A stretch of DNA of 64,000 nucleotides from Eledone cirrhosa (Eukaryota), in the NCBI GenBank assembly GCA_964016885.1, contig OZ024742.1, positions 143,716,001-143,780,000 of the forward strand. The letters are read 5' to 3'. Shown one piece after another: positions 28,501 through 38,046 of the stretch. Both the position numbers and the translations under genes were made by a program. The notes under the pieces are model-generated. The model searched no databases, was not told where the DNA came from, and saw only the letters and a list, made by a program, of their open reading frames with translations. Within the stretch, counting starts at the first letter, position 1, and each line of letters begins with the position of its first letter.

Positions 28501-29133
28501 GCCACAACAGACCTTCATGACCTTACAATCGTGAGCTGAATATCCTAACCACTGAGCCACAACACACCTTCATGACCTTACAATCGTGAGCTGAACATCC
28601 TAACCACTAAGCCACAACAGACCTTCATGACCTTACAATCGTGAGCTGAACATCCTAACCACTGAGCCACAACACACCTTCATGACCTTACAATCGTGAG
28701 CTGAATATCCTAACCACTGAGCCACAACACACCTTCATGACCTTACAATCGTGAGCTGAACATCCTAACCACTGAGCCACAACACACCTTCATGACCTTA
28801 CAATCGTGAGCTGAATATCCTAACCACTGAGCCACAACACACCTTCATGACCTTACAATCGTGAGCTGAACATCCTAACCACTGAGCCACAACAGACCTT
28901 CATGACCTTACAATCGTGAGCTGAATATCCTAACCACTGAGCCACAACACACCTTCATGACCTTACAATCGTGAGCTGAACATCCTAACCACTAAGCCAC
29001 AACACACCTTCATGACCTTACAATCGTGAGCTGAACATCCTAACCACTAAGCCACAACAGACCTTCATGACCTTACAATCGTGAGCTGAACATCCTAACC
29101 ACTAAGCCACAACAGACCTTCATGACCTTACAA
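22521..29133 (-). repeat. tandem array of 120 x 55-bp units derived from the SINE tRNA-like head
   Basis: Unit (+) CATGA(C/T)CTTACAATCGTGAGCTGAACATCCTAACCACT(A/G)AGCCACAACA(G/C)ACCTT. CATGA at 22521 and at 29121 is exactly 120 x 55 bp apart, followed by a 13-bp partial unit. Confidence 0.97.
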
Positions 29134-29152
29134 AGTGAATAGAAAAATGTAC

Positions 29153-29563
29153 AGTTGTTGTTGGTGGTGTTGTTTATGATGATGATGATAATGACGGCTA
29201 TGACAATGATGTTGATAATGATAATGATTGTAATGATGGTGATGATGATGATGATGATGATAACGATAATGCTGTTACTGGTGATGATGAGGATGATGAT
29301 GATGTTGGTGGTTTGTGGTAGTGGTGGTGGTGGTGCCGGTGGTGGTCTCACTGCTGCTGATATTTATGTCCTTATTACTGTAATTGTTGTTACGCTTATT
29401 ATACAATAATGATGAGGATGATAATGTTGATGATGATAGTGGTGGTGGTGGTGGTGGTGATATTGTTGTGGTTGATGGTTCTGTTGTTGGTGGTGGTGGG
29501 GTTGGTGGTGGTGATGGGGTTGTTGGAGGTGATGGTGATTGTGATTGTGGTGATGGCGATGGT
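29153..29563. repeat. degenerate (GAT)n/(GGT)n low-complexity tract
   Basis: Read directly from the sequence. Confidence 0.85.
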
Positions 29564-30274
29564 TAGAACGTTTGTGCTCTACGGGATTTGGAGAATGCTC
29601 GTATGTGACAAAAGAAAAACAGTCCTATATATTCTGTACCCTGCCTGTACTGTTTACATCACAATTGTGAGTTCAATATTCTCAGTACTCAATACTGGTT
29701 GTCTTCTCTGCACTGACTAGAAGTCAGGAAAAAAAAATATTACAAACAATATATTACGTCTCGATTCAATAGACTAGATAGCGTCTACTCTAAAAATAAA
29801 ATAAATTACAACTGAAAGCAGTTGATTTGATTATTTACAATTCTTTCCAGCATCAGAAATAACCGCAGTAGCGTTAAAGACGGTAATTACAAACAACTAT
29901 TGAGGGTTAGCCGAGCGGGAAAGGGAGACAAGTCGGAACACTTCTGGTTTGTTAACCTTCGCCAATGGAAATATAGTGTTTGCCAATTATTTGCTGGCCA
30001 TGCAGTAACTGGCCTACTATAGAAAAATGTTTGTAAAAACATTGACTGGCGCTAGGATATGAGATTTATTGATAATTTAATGATAGAGGGCTACTGACTA
30101 TACATTTATGTAATAAAAACGGTGCGTTGTTTCTTATTTTGTAACATCAAAAATGTAGGGAAATATTAGACGGAAAATATTAGACATTAGTTAACGTTAC
30201 TCTCTGACAGAACGCGTTAGATTAATAGATAGGTGCGTAAAGTATAGATAAATTCATAGATAAAGAGTTTTAGA

Positions 30275-30358
30275 TGTATGTGTGAGCGTGCATGTGTGTG
30301 TATGTGTTATATACATTTATATTTACATACATACACGCACGCGCGCGCATACATACAC

Positions 30359-30412
<54 letters not shown>
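30275..30412. repeat. TG/CA/(TA)n microsatellites
   Basis: Read directly from the sequence. Confidence 0.9.
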
Positions 30413-30417
<5 letters not shown>

Positions 30418-30937
30418 TAAAATAACAGATTAAAGTTTAACCAAAGAATCGCTGCTTTCACCCTTAACCTTTGCGTGCTATTGTTCTCCACGCTCCACAT
30501 ATGACGTATTATCTTCGTTTTTTTCGTTCATTGCCAGAGAACGTCTCTATGAACCACCTAAGAGAACATTAGTCTACGACCTCTTTTATACCATAAACGT
30601 GGTTCTGTCTTTGCGCGTAATTGTTTTTCACCGCTCCTATTAATGACGTATCTTATTCGTTTTTTCCCGTTCTTTGCCAGCGAACGTTACCACGAACCTA
30701 AGTATCGTCTTCCTGTCTTCCTCCAGTCGCAACGTTTTTTGAAATATCCACTTCTGCGTTTACAGATTGACTTTGTTAGTTTCAGAAGATCCCGTTAAGG
30801 GTGAAAGCAGCGATTCTTTGCTTAAACTTTAATCTGTTATTTTAATAAATATTTGCTCTACGGTTCTTATATATTTGATATATATTTATCCTTATCGAGC
30901 CCTCTTTGGATTTTAGTCTTGAAATTTATTATTATTA
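30410..30937 (+). mobile_element. probable Penelope-like pseudo-LTR with inverted partial copy, inserted in (TA)n
   Basis: A ~58-bp inverted repeat (30410-30468 / 30794-30852), an internal ~90-bp imperfect direct repeat (30469-30561 / 30610-30701), and a degenerate hammerhead core CAGAAGA-T-CCC-GTTAA-GGG-T-GAAA at 30783-30806. Confidence 0.55.
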
Positions 30938-31059
30938 ATATATATATATATATAAATTTAAACGATATACCAAAAAGTATTTTTCATATATCAAGTTGAG
31001 AAACAAAACTAGTATTATGTATATATATGAAGAACAACTAATGTACTCAGCATCTATCC

Positions 31060-32110
31060 CGTCTTGTCTGGGGTTCGGCTAACGCCCAAAGACGCTGCTT
31101 GCATTCTCGGCTCTACAATCTCTCGAAATCTATACGAGAGACCCTGGAGACCAAGCACACAGACCTGTTGGGGATAACGGAGAGGTTGCGCCTCATTGGC
31201 GTGCACCCGGCGTTCTTCCTCCTGAGGAACTGCTTCACTCGCCCTAAATTCTTGTTCACGCTGCGCGGGGTGCCTTGTCACCCTCTCGCTGATCGCCTAC
31301 GTGAACTCAATGCCACCATCCGGCGTTCTGTGGAATCTATCTGTAGTGTCAGTTTCGACAACACCGACTGGCAACAAGTGAAGCTCCTTGTGAAGTTCGG
31401 TGGCTACGGCCTCCGATCTACATCAGACTGCCGGCCTACCTCTCCTCAATCTCCTCCAGTCGCACCCTCATCAGCGACGTCTTCAGCAAAACAGCAGAAC
31501 CTGACGTGACCCAAGGCTCTGGCTGACTGGAACAGCAACGGCCTCTTCGTCCCCCAGTATACAAATGTCCAACGTAACTGGGACGACATAGTTTGCAGGT
31601 TTACCCTCAGGAGGATCGAATCTGGCTTGGACTAACACCGCCTCATCTGTCGCTCTCAAAGACATAATGAGGAGTCTCGACACAGCTGACTTCCCGTCAC
31701 AACTGGAGCCGGTAAGCCTCGCCCGACGGAATTACCCTTTTCCCTTTCGAAGGAGGTAAATGTCTCATTGGACGTGACATGCTGAGACATGTTCTCCGCC
31801 ACCAAATCAGTCACCTCGGCCACAAATCCCGAAACCGCAGCTCGCGATGTATAAGATAAGAAGACAAGCGAAAATCGGAGCTTCTCCGGCCGCTTCCTCT
31901 TTGCACCGGTCGCCGTCGAGACAGTTGACATCCTCGGGAAAATAGGATCGATAGCAGCCCCCCTCCCACCCACCCCGAACGGATCCTGTGAGGTGGGGTG
32001 GCTGTTGCAGCGGATGCCGCTGCCCATTGTCTGCGGGGAAAAGCATTTGCCATTTTGTCCGCGGGGCGCAGTCGAAACACCGCTCTGACCTAGGTGTAGA
32101 GTCTATCACC
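31060..32110 (+). mobile_element. decayed 5'-truncated non-LTR retrotransposon with restriction-like endonuclease (CRE-like)
   Basis: ORF 31099-31509 contains AFFLLRNCFTRPKFLFTLR and WQQVKLLVKFGGYGLR (post-RT region; cf. W.QA.LP...GGLG.R). Downstream, GKPRP..LDVTC*D..AA..K..FLFAPVAVET matches the RPDG/WDVTC/PVAVET RLE motifs. Stops and frameshifts are present. Confidence 0.8.
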
Positions 32111-32623
32111 CTCTTCTCTTCACCCTTTCTTTCTTCCTTTGTCTAGTGTCCTTTCTCTCCCCTCATTTTCCTCTCATTAATGGCATTTATAGTACTTTCT
32201 AATACTGCTTTCTTTTTTATGTATGTTTAACCAATTTATATTTAATGAAAGCTGTTTAAAGTTTCAAATAACAAACGATAAATGTACTCACTTAAATAAA
32301 CATTCTCATGCGGCCGTTTAATAGAAATCCAGAATGTGATGTTTATAATCGATTTTAATGATTGGTATTAATTACCAATTATCGCTTTTTGTAATAAACA
32401 TCATCAAGATAACAAAAAAATTCCATTCGTCAGCTAGAGCTTGTGGCATTTTCTATATATATCTCACATTATACACTAACTAGCAATCTCTCCAAGCAAG
32501 ATTCTTAAAACAAAAGCAAATGGTGCCAAAACTAACGTCTTACAAAAAGGAAGATATTTAAAATTTGGAGCCATTATATACTATAATTAGGTTTAATCTA
32601 TCGACAGTCGCCAAAGTCAACCA

Positions 32624-32796
32624 GTTTCCATTGGTCTTACCTATTGCTAATACTATCAGTCGCAAATCCAGGTAGAAGGAGAAACATGAAATAAAGTGTA
32701 TTGCCCAAGGTTATAACGCATCGACCGTTCTGGGAATCGAACTCATAACCTCACGATTGCGAATCGTATTCTTTAACTACTCAGCCACGCGCCTTA
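32624..32796 (-). mobile_element. tRNA-derived SINE 5' part, left arm of palindrome
   Basis: Reverse complement of 32836-33007 with about four mismatches. Confidence 0.85.
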
Positions 32797-32835
32797 ATAT
32801 ATATAAATATATAAATATATATATATAAATATATT

Positions 32836-33007
32836 AAGGCGCGTGGCTGAGTGGTTAAAGAATACGATTCGCAATCGTGAGGTTATGAGTTCGATTCCCA
32901 GAACGGGCGATGCGTTATATCCTTGGGCAATACACTTTATTTCATGTTGCTCCTTCTACCTGGATTTGCGACTGATAGTATTAGCAATAGGTAAGACCAA
33001 TGGAAAC
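32836..33007 (+). mobile_element. tRNA-derived SINE 5' part, right arm of palindrome
   Basis: AAGGCGCG, A box TGGCTGAGTGG, anticodon-like stem TACGA/TCGTG, B box GAGTTCGATTCC, and CORE-like CCTTGGGCAATACACTTTATTTCA. Confidence 0.85.
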
Positions 33008-33060
33008 ATCTTGTTTCTCAACTTGATATATGAGGAAGACTTTTTGGTATATCATTTAAA

Positions 33061-33234
33061 TATGTAAGAAACAATATGCCTTGAGTTTAATGTTCATTGA
33101 GCTTTCTTTCTTGAGTAACTTAACTAATATATATTTTATATATATATATATATATATAAAATATATATTGGTTAAGTTACTCAAGAAAGAAAGCTCAATG
33201 AATATTAAACTCAAGGCATATTGTTTCTTACATA
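33061..33234. repeat. near-perfect palindrome centred on (TA)n
   Basis: TATGTAAGAAACAATATGCCTTGAG...TTAAC..(TA)n..GTTAAG...CTCAAGGCATATTGTTTCTTACATA, with about two mismatches. Confidence 0.92.
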
Positions 33235-33269
33235 ATCAATATATCTTTCATATAGATAGGTTAAACCTA

Positions 33270-33315
<46 letters not shown>

Positions 33316-33428
33316 GTGTGTGTGTATAACAGTAGAACAATACGAGAGGGTTATATCTGTAGTTGTAGAGCACTCAGTCCATGGGACGAGTTTGGTAGAA
33401 GTAGTTCCCCAACAGTTAGTTCCTCATA

Positions 33429-33469
33429 CCGAGAACAAATGTTTCACCTTATGCGGATCCTCAGCTCGG
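33429..33469 (-). ncRNA. minimal type I hammerhead ribozyme motif
   Basis: Minus strand CCGAG-CTGAGGA-T-CC-GCATAA-GG-T-GAAAC-ATTT-GTT-CTCGG: a perfect 5-bp stem I, both core boxes, and a short stem III typical of Penelope-like elements. Confidence 0.75.
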
Positions 33470-34051
33470 CCTGAATGAAGTTGCACGGAAAAGGAAAAAT
33501 AACCGTACGAAGTCCAGCAATTCGAAGACTGTGGTTAATCCATTGGTAATCCCTGGGTGAAGAGTTCCAAGGTGCCAGGTTGATATCCAAGCTGGCAGCT
33601 TAAGTGTGGGAAAATAGTTCAAGAATAGACAAGACAAACACAAAGATGCAAAAACAGTCTTATTAGTTTTACACTTAGGAAGAAATAGAATAGGATTTTG
33701 ACATGCCAGGCATAAGTCTTTCTTTAAGAAATGGAGAATTCGGAAAGAGAGAGAGAGAGAGATGATCAGGCAAACACTGTATTTAAGGTCGAGTGATTAG
33801 CGGCCTTTAGACATACCTAATCAATGAAACAATTGTTAATACTGTAAATAAAACCCTTTTTGTACAGCCATGTTATTCTTCAATTTTTTACTATTATTAC
33901 TCCAAGATTAACCTGCATATGAATTCTCGCGAACTCGCTGCCTAACTGTGAAAGCTCTTGTTGAGTCAAACAACGCCGTACGATGAAACTATCCATAGTA
34001 CAGAGTACTCACAAACTCTAACTGGATTACCTATAACAATAATTTGTTATC

Positions 34052-34091
<40 letters not shown>

Positions 34092-34416
34092 GAAAAGTAT
34101 AGAAATTATTGTAGCAAGAAGCCAACAGTATTCCATAATATATAAGTGACCATAGCGTCAAAATGGGAAAATAGTTGACGTAAGATGTGGGAAAAATAAT
34201 TCAAACTCAATTCAAAAAAGAATCAGGATATAGATTTATCCAACAGAATTTAGTGAAATCCAGGGAAGAATCAATAGAGCCTTAACTCATGATAAAATAA
34301 AGTCTAAAATACTCATCCTCCAATTTCGAACAACTACAAATGCTCTGTATAGTCTTGAAAAGACTATTTCACGAAAACTTTCAGTGGGGATGGTCACGGT
34401 TGGAATTCTATCCTCA

Positions 34417-34479
<63 letters not shown>

Positions 34480-34482
<3 letters not shown>

Positions 34483-34626
34483 GAAGGGTGCTGAAATGTT
34501 CCTAGCTGTAAGGGTATCGCGAAAGGGTAGAGCAGTTGCCTTTACAAGGGAATATGTTGAATAAAATCATAATTAACTGATCCTCCTTTATTTTCCAAAG
34601 CGAGGGACTTTTCAGAATCCCTCGTA
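34480..34626. mobile_element. mariner-type MITE inserted in (TA)n
   Basis: Imperfect terminal inverted repeats TACGAAGGGTGCTGAAATGTTCC / GGGACTTTTCAGAATCCCTCGTA, flanked by TA. Confidence 0.75.
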
Positions 34627-34699
34627 TATATATATATATGCATATACATTCATACATACATGCATGCATAGACGCATACATACGTACATACATACATAT

Positions 34700-35010
34700 A
34701 TGTTGATTGTTACTTTTTTTCAGAAGAGTGCCATCTCTTCATTGAACATTGCACGATCATGTGCACGCAGGCGAATTTTCAGACCCGCTTTGTTTTGCAG
34801 CTACGTTCACAGATGTGACACTTGAGCTGTCTGTCTCCAGGCAAATTCGGCTGGGGCGTGTCTTCATGCATTTTACCATATCTAGTGAGTCCACAGTTAG
34901 CTCGATTTCTTCCCGGTTCGTGTGATTTCAGATGGTTAACAAACATTGTCTGTTTCACCATCAAGCTGGTCAGCAGCCTGCGGCTGGCGGCTGTTGATAC
35001 CCGCGGGAGA
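34700..35010 (-). mobile_element. RTE-like LINE 3' end with C-terminal zinc-finger remnant
   Basis: The minus strand translates as LKCHICERSCKTK, then after a frameshift AGLKIRLRAHDR, followed by a short UTR. A partial second finger (FVNHLKSHE) lies upstream. Confidence 0.6.
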
Positions 35011-35203
35011 AGCAAGAGGAAAAATAATAATTTTCAAATATATCGAATAGCACTGAATGTTGCGAAGTGGAACACATTTTCCAATGCATGCACTGTGTTT
35101 TGGCTAAATATTAGTATAAAAAAGATAAAGGTCATGTACACTCCACCTGTTGGGAAAGTGTATGTGGAGCTAGACATTTTCGTGAGAGGAAAAAGAATTG
35201 AGA

Positions 35204-35265
35204 CATACATACATACATACATACATACATACATACATACATACATACATACATACATACATACA
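35204..35265. repeat. (CATA)n microsatellite
   Basis: Read directly from the sequence; a second tract lies at 35612-35690. Confidence 0.9.
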
Positions 35266-35607
35266 TGGTGGCTGCCAACTCGTTTTCGAGTACGGCCACT
35301 ACTTTATATCCATGTAGGAGAACACCTACCGATGCGCTGAACGAGTGTGACTTTTTAGTCCAGCCAGCGACTTGAAAACTCTGGTACAAACACTACACTT
35401 GTGACAATTATTGACACATAGTGCTGGGCCCATGGTACCATGTGACGACAAGTGCAGAGAGATCTCCAGATATAAAGCAATGCCTGTGCCGTGAAGCTTT
35501 TATAGTGAGCAAAGGCACTGCACAAAGCCAGTCCCACTCTCTTAACCAAGATGATATTTACCAAAAAGAAGAACAAGTCAACATCATTGGATACCATCAG
35601 GGTTGCA
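35264..35607 (+). repeat. ~344-bp inverted repeat arm A (unclassified element)
   Basis: Reverse complement of 36823-37166 with scattered substitutions; the ORF track shows matching translations for the two arms. Confidence 0.9.
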
Positions 35608-35959
35608 ATATATACATACATACATACATGCATACATACATACATACATACATACATACATACATACATACATACATACATACATACATAAAGCGATTGA
35701 AGTTTCAATTCATGAAAGTTACGACTGATTACAAATAAAATATGTTGAACTGAAACTTCGATCTCTTTTTAAATATAATTCATATTACGTCACTAACAAC
35801 CAGATGTCAGTGTTAATCCAGACGCTTGAACATTGAATATCCAATGCACGCAAAAGCACTGAGTAGTGAAACAGGTATCACTTGTAGTAATTACTATTAC
35901 ACACCAACTGGTTATATATATTGGCTTGGCTACAGCCGAAGCTTCGATTTTACTAAACT

Positions 35960-36385
35960 TCCATTTTAAGAAAACCCACTGTACTAATAGGAAATGTATT
36001 ATATGTAAAGTAAACCCCCGGATAAACTGTAAAACTAGAAACGTAGTCTATAGCATAAGATGTACAGAGGGTACTTGCAGAAACATGACAACAACATACA
36101 TAGGCGAGACAGCTCGTAGCATAGGTGAAAGGATAGACCAACACTGGGGGGAACTAAAAGAACGAAAAAACGTTTCAGTACTATACGAACACGCCAGTCA
36201 ACAACAGGATGGTAACATAGACAATATAGAAATTAAGATAATATCTAAACATAGAAATGACCCAGCAGATAGGCAAATCAGAGAGGTAAGTGAAATAGAA
36301 CTTAGAAGGCCAAAGCTAAACAGAAAGAATGAATGGAATAACAACAATACCCAAACAAACAATACTGACTTAAGAGAAATACAAA

Positions 36386-36424
<39 letters not shown>

Positions 36425-36680
36425 AATATACACAAGCACAATAACAACAAACACATAGTAAAGTAAGATAGAATACAATAACCAAAACACAGTCACCCAA
36501 ACGCGAACACACACTAAACACTATACACACACGCAAACGCATGCGCAGAGAAGAAGACAAAAATAAATAAATAAATAAACAGATTAAATAAAGATGGCGT
36601 AAATATACACTACAACAGGAGGAACATAATAGCACCACTGACGATGTTGCAGAGGTGCAACGAAAGAACTTTGTTAGACT
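35960..36680 (+). mobile_element. Penelope-like element 3' fragment: GIY-YIG endonuclease plus pseudo-LTR region
   Basis: ORF 35866-36396 contains C-x4-C-x2-C-x7-C, NVVYSIRC..C..YIGETARSIGER..QH, LYEH, RQIRE and LNRKNEW. This is a PLE-type GIY-YIG domain with a CCHH motif. A hammerhead core lies ~240 bp downstream. No RT is visible. Confidence 0.85.
36632..36677 (+). ncRNA. hammerhead ribozyme core (stems I/III degenerate)
   Basis: CTGACGA-T-GTTGCA-GAGG-TGCAAC-GAAA at 36638-36665, downstream of the GIY-YIG ORF. Confidence 0.6.
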
Positions 36681-36714
36681 TGTATGTATGTATGTATATA
36701 TGCATGTATGTATG

Positions 36715-37166
36715 CAAGGGAGCTCTTAAGAGTCAATGGCCATCCAAAATCACCGGGAGAGATGACCCCTTAGCCTTTGTCAAGGCAGAATTCTAGGAGA
36801 AGGAAAACTCTGATATAACACCTGCAACCCTGATGGTATCCAATGATGTTGACTTGTTCTTCTTTTTGGTAAATATCATCTTGGTTAAGAGAGTGGGACT
36901 GGCTTTGTGCAGTGCTTTTGTTCACTATAAAAGCTTCACGGCACAGGCATTGCTTTATATCTGGAGATCTCTCTGCAGTTGTCGTTACATGGTACCATGA
37001 GCCCAGCACTATGTGTCAATAATTGTCACAAGTGTAGTGTTTGTATCAGAGTTTTCAAGTCGCTGGCTGGACTAAAAAGTCATACTCGTTCAGCGCATCG
37101 GTAGGGGTTCTCCTACATGGATATAAAGTAGTGGCCGTACTCGAAAACGAGTTGGCAGCCACCATG
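36715..37166 (-). repeat. inverted repeat arm B, extended ~110 bp by an RTE 5'-UTR-like motif
   Basis: 36823-37166 matches arm A. The extension on the minus strand contains GTTTTCCTTCTCCTAGA..TGCCT, a motif I recall from RTE 5' regions (unverified), and ends in (CATA)n. Confidence 0.75.
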
Positions 37167-37664
37167 TATATACATACTGCTGTACGTCTGTATACATATA
37201 TGTATGTACGTATACATACTTACATTTAAGTATCAGCAGTACTAAGAGTGAGAAATGAAATTTCATTTTTTCCATTTATCGTTTTCGGTGCGCCCGGCCG
37301 ACTAACTCACTCGATATGCAAATTAGGCTGCTCAGCCGTTAATATGCATAAGGAAAGTATATACTTTCAAACGTTCAGTCATCTGACAGGAAAGTATACG
37401 GTGCTGATGACAGCTAAGAAGATCATAACTAGTTCATCGTTCTTTTGTCAGTGTTGAACAAAATGGCAACGATGGTTGCCGAACATTGTACGGCTTAATA
37501 CGGGATGTTTGTTTACAAACAAAACGAGCATTATAATAAATGTTCGGTAAACCCATGCGTACATATATATATATATGTGTGCATGTATGTATGAATATAC
37601 ATTCTGCTGTACGTCTGTATACATATATGTATGTACGTATACATACTTACATTTATATATATAT

Positions 37665-37729
<65 letters not shown>

Positions 37730-37868
37730 CCGATGGCTGAGCTCCGGCCATTTCGACGACGTTCGGATCTAGCCGTCGGGGTCCTAACTCTTTTCCTATT
37801 GCCCACTCTACTACCCTATGTATCGAGTACCCGTGTGCGTTATGGTCCACCTGGTTCCTTTCTTTGTT

Positions 37869-37905
<37 letters not shown>

Positions 37906-38046
37906 AGGGTTGACGGACCCAGCATATTTATCAATGCCAGTACCGGTTGTATCTCAGCGCACTCCATGGGCAATGTAAGATACATTACCAGAGTATACAC
38001 AACGTTATTTTCTTCAACACAACACACGTAAAACGGGTGCCTATAA

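Noticed and set aside
22521-29133. CRISPR array
   Set aside because: The units are contiguous with no unique spacers, there are no cas genes, and the unit derives from a SINE head.
22521-29133. Tandem tRNA gene cluster
   Set aside because: The units lack a T-arm/B box and an acceptor stem, so no cloverleaf can form.
34090-34420. Possible PLE endonuclease tail (IVARSQQYS..) and minus-strand CTGAGGA...GAAA motif
   Set aside because: Too degenerate: there are stops, and I found no convincing stems I or II.
35421-35738. Paired ORFs 35421-35738 (+) and 36770-37009 (-) as duplicated genes
   Set aside because: They reflect the inverted repeat arms, have no recognisable domain, and one runs into a microsatellite.
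37404-37425. CTGATGA hammerhead-like box
   Set aside because: No helix II or GAAA follows it.
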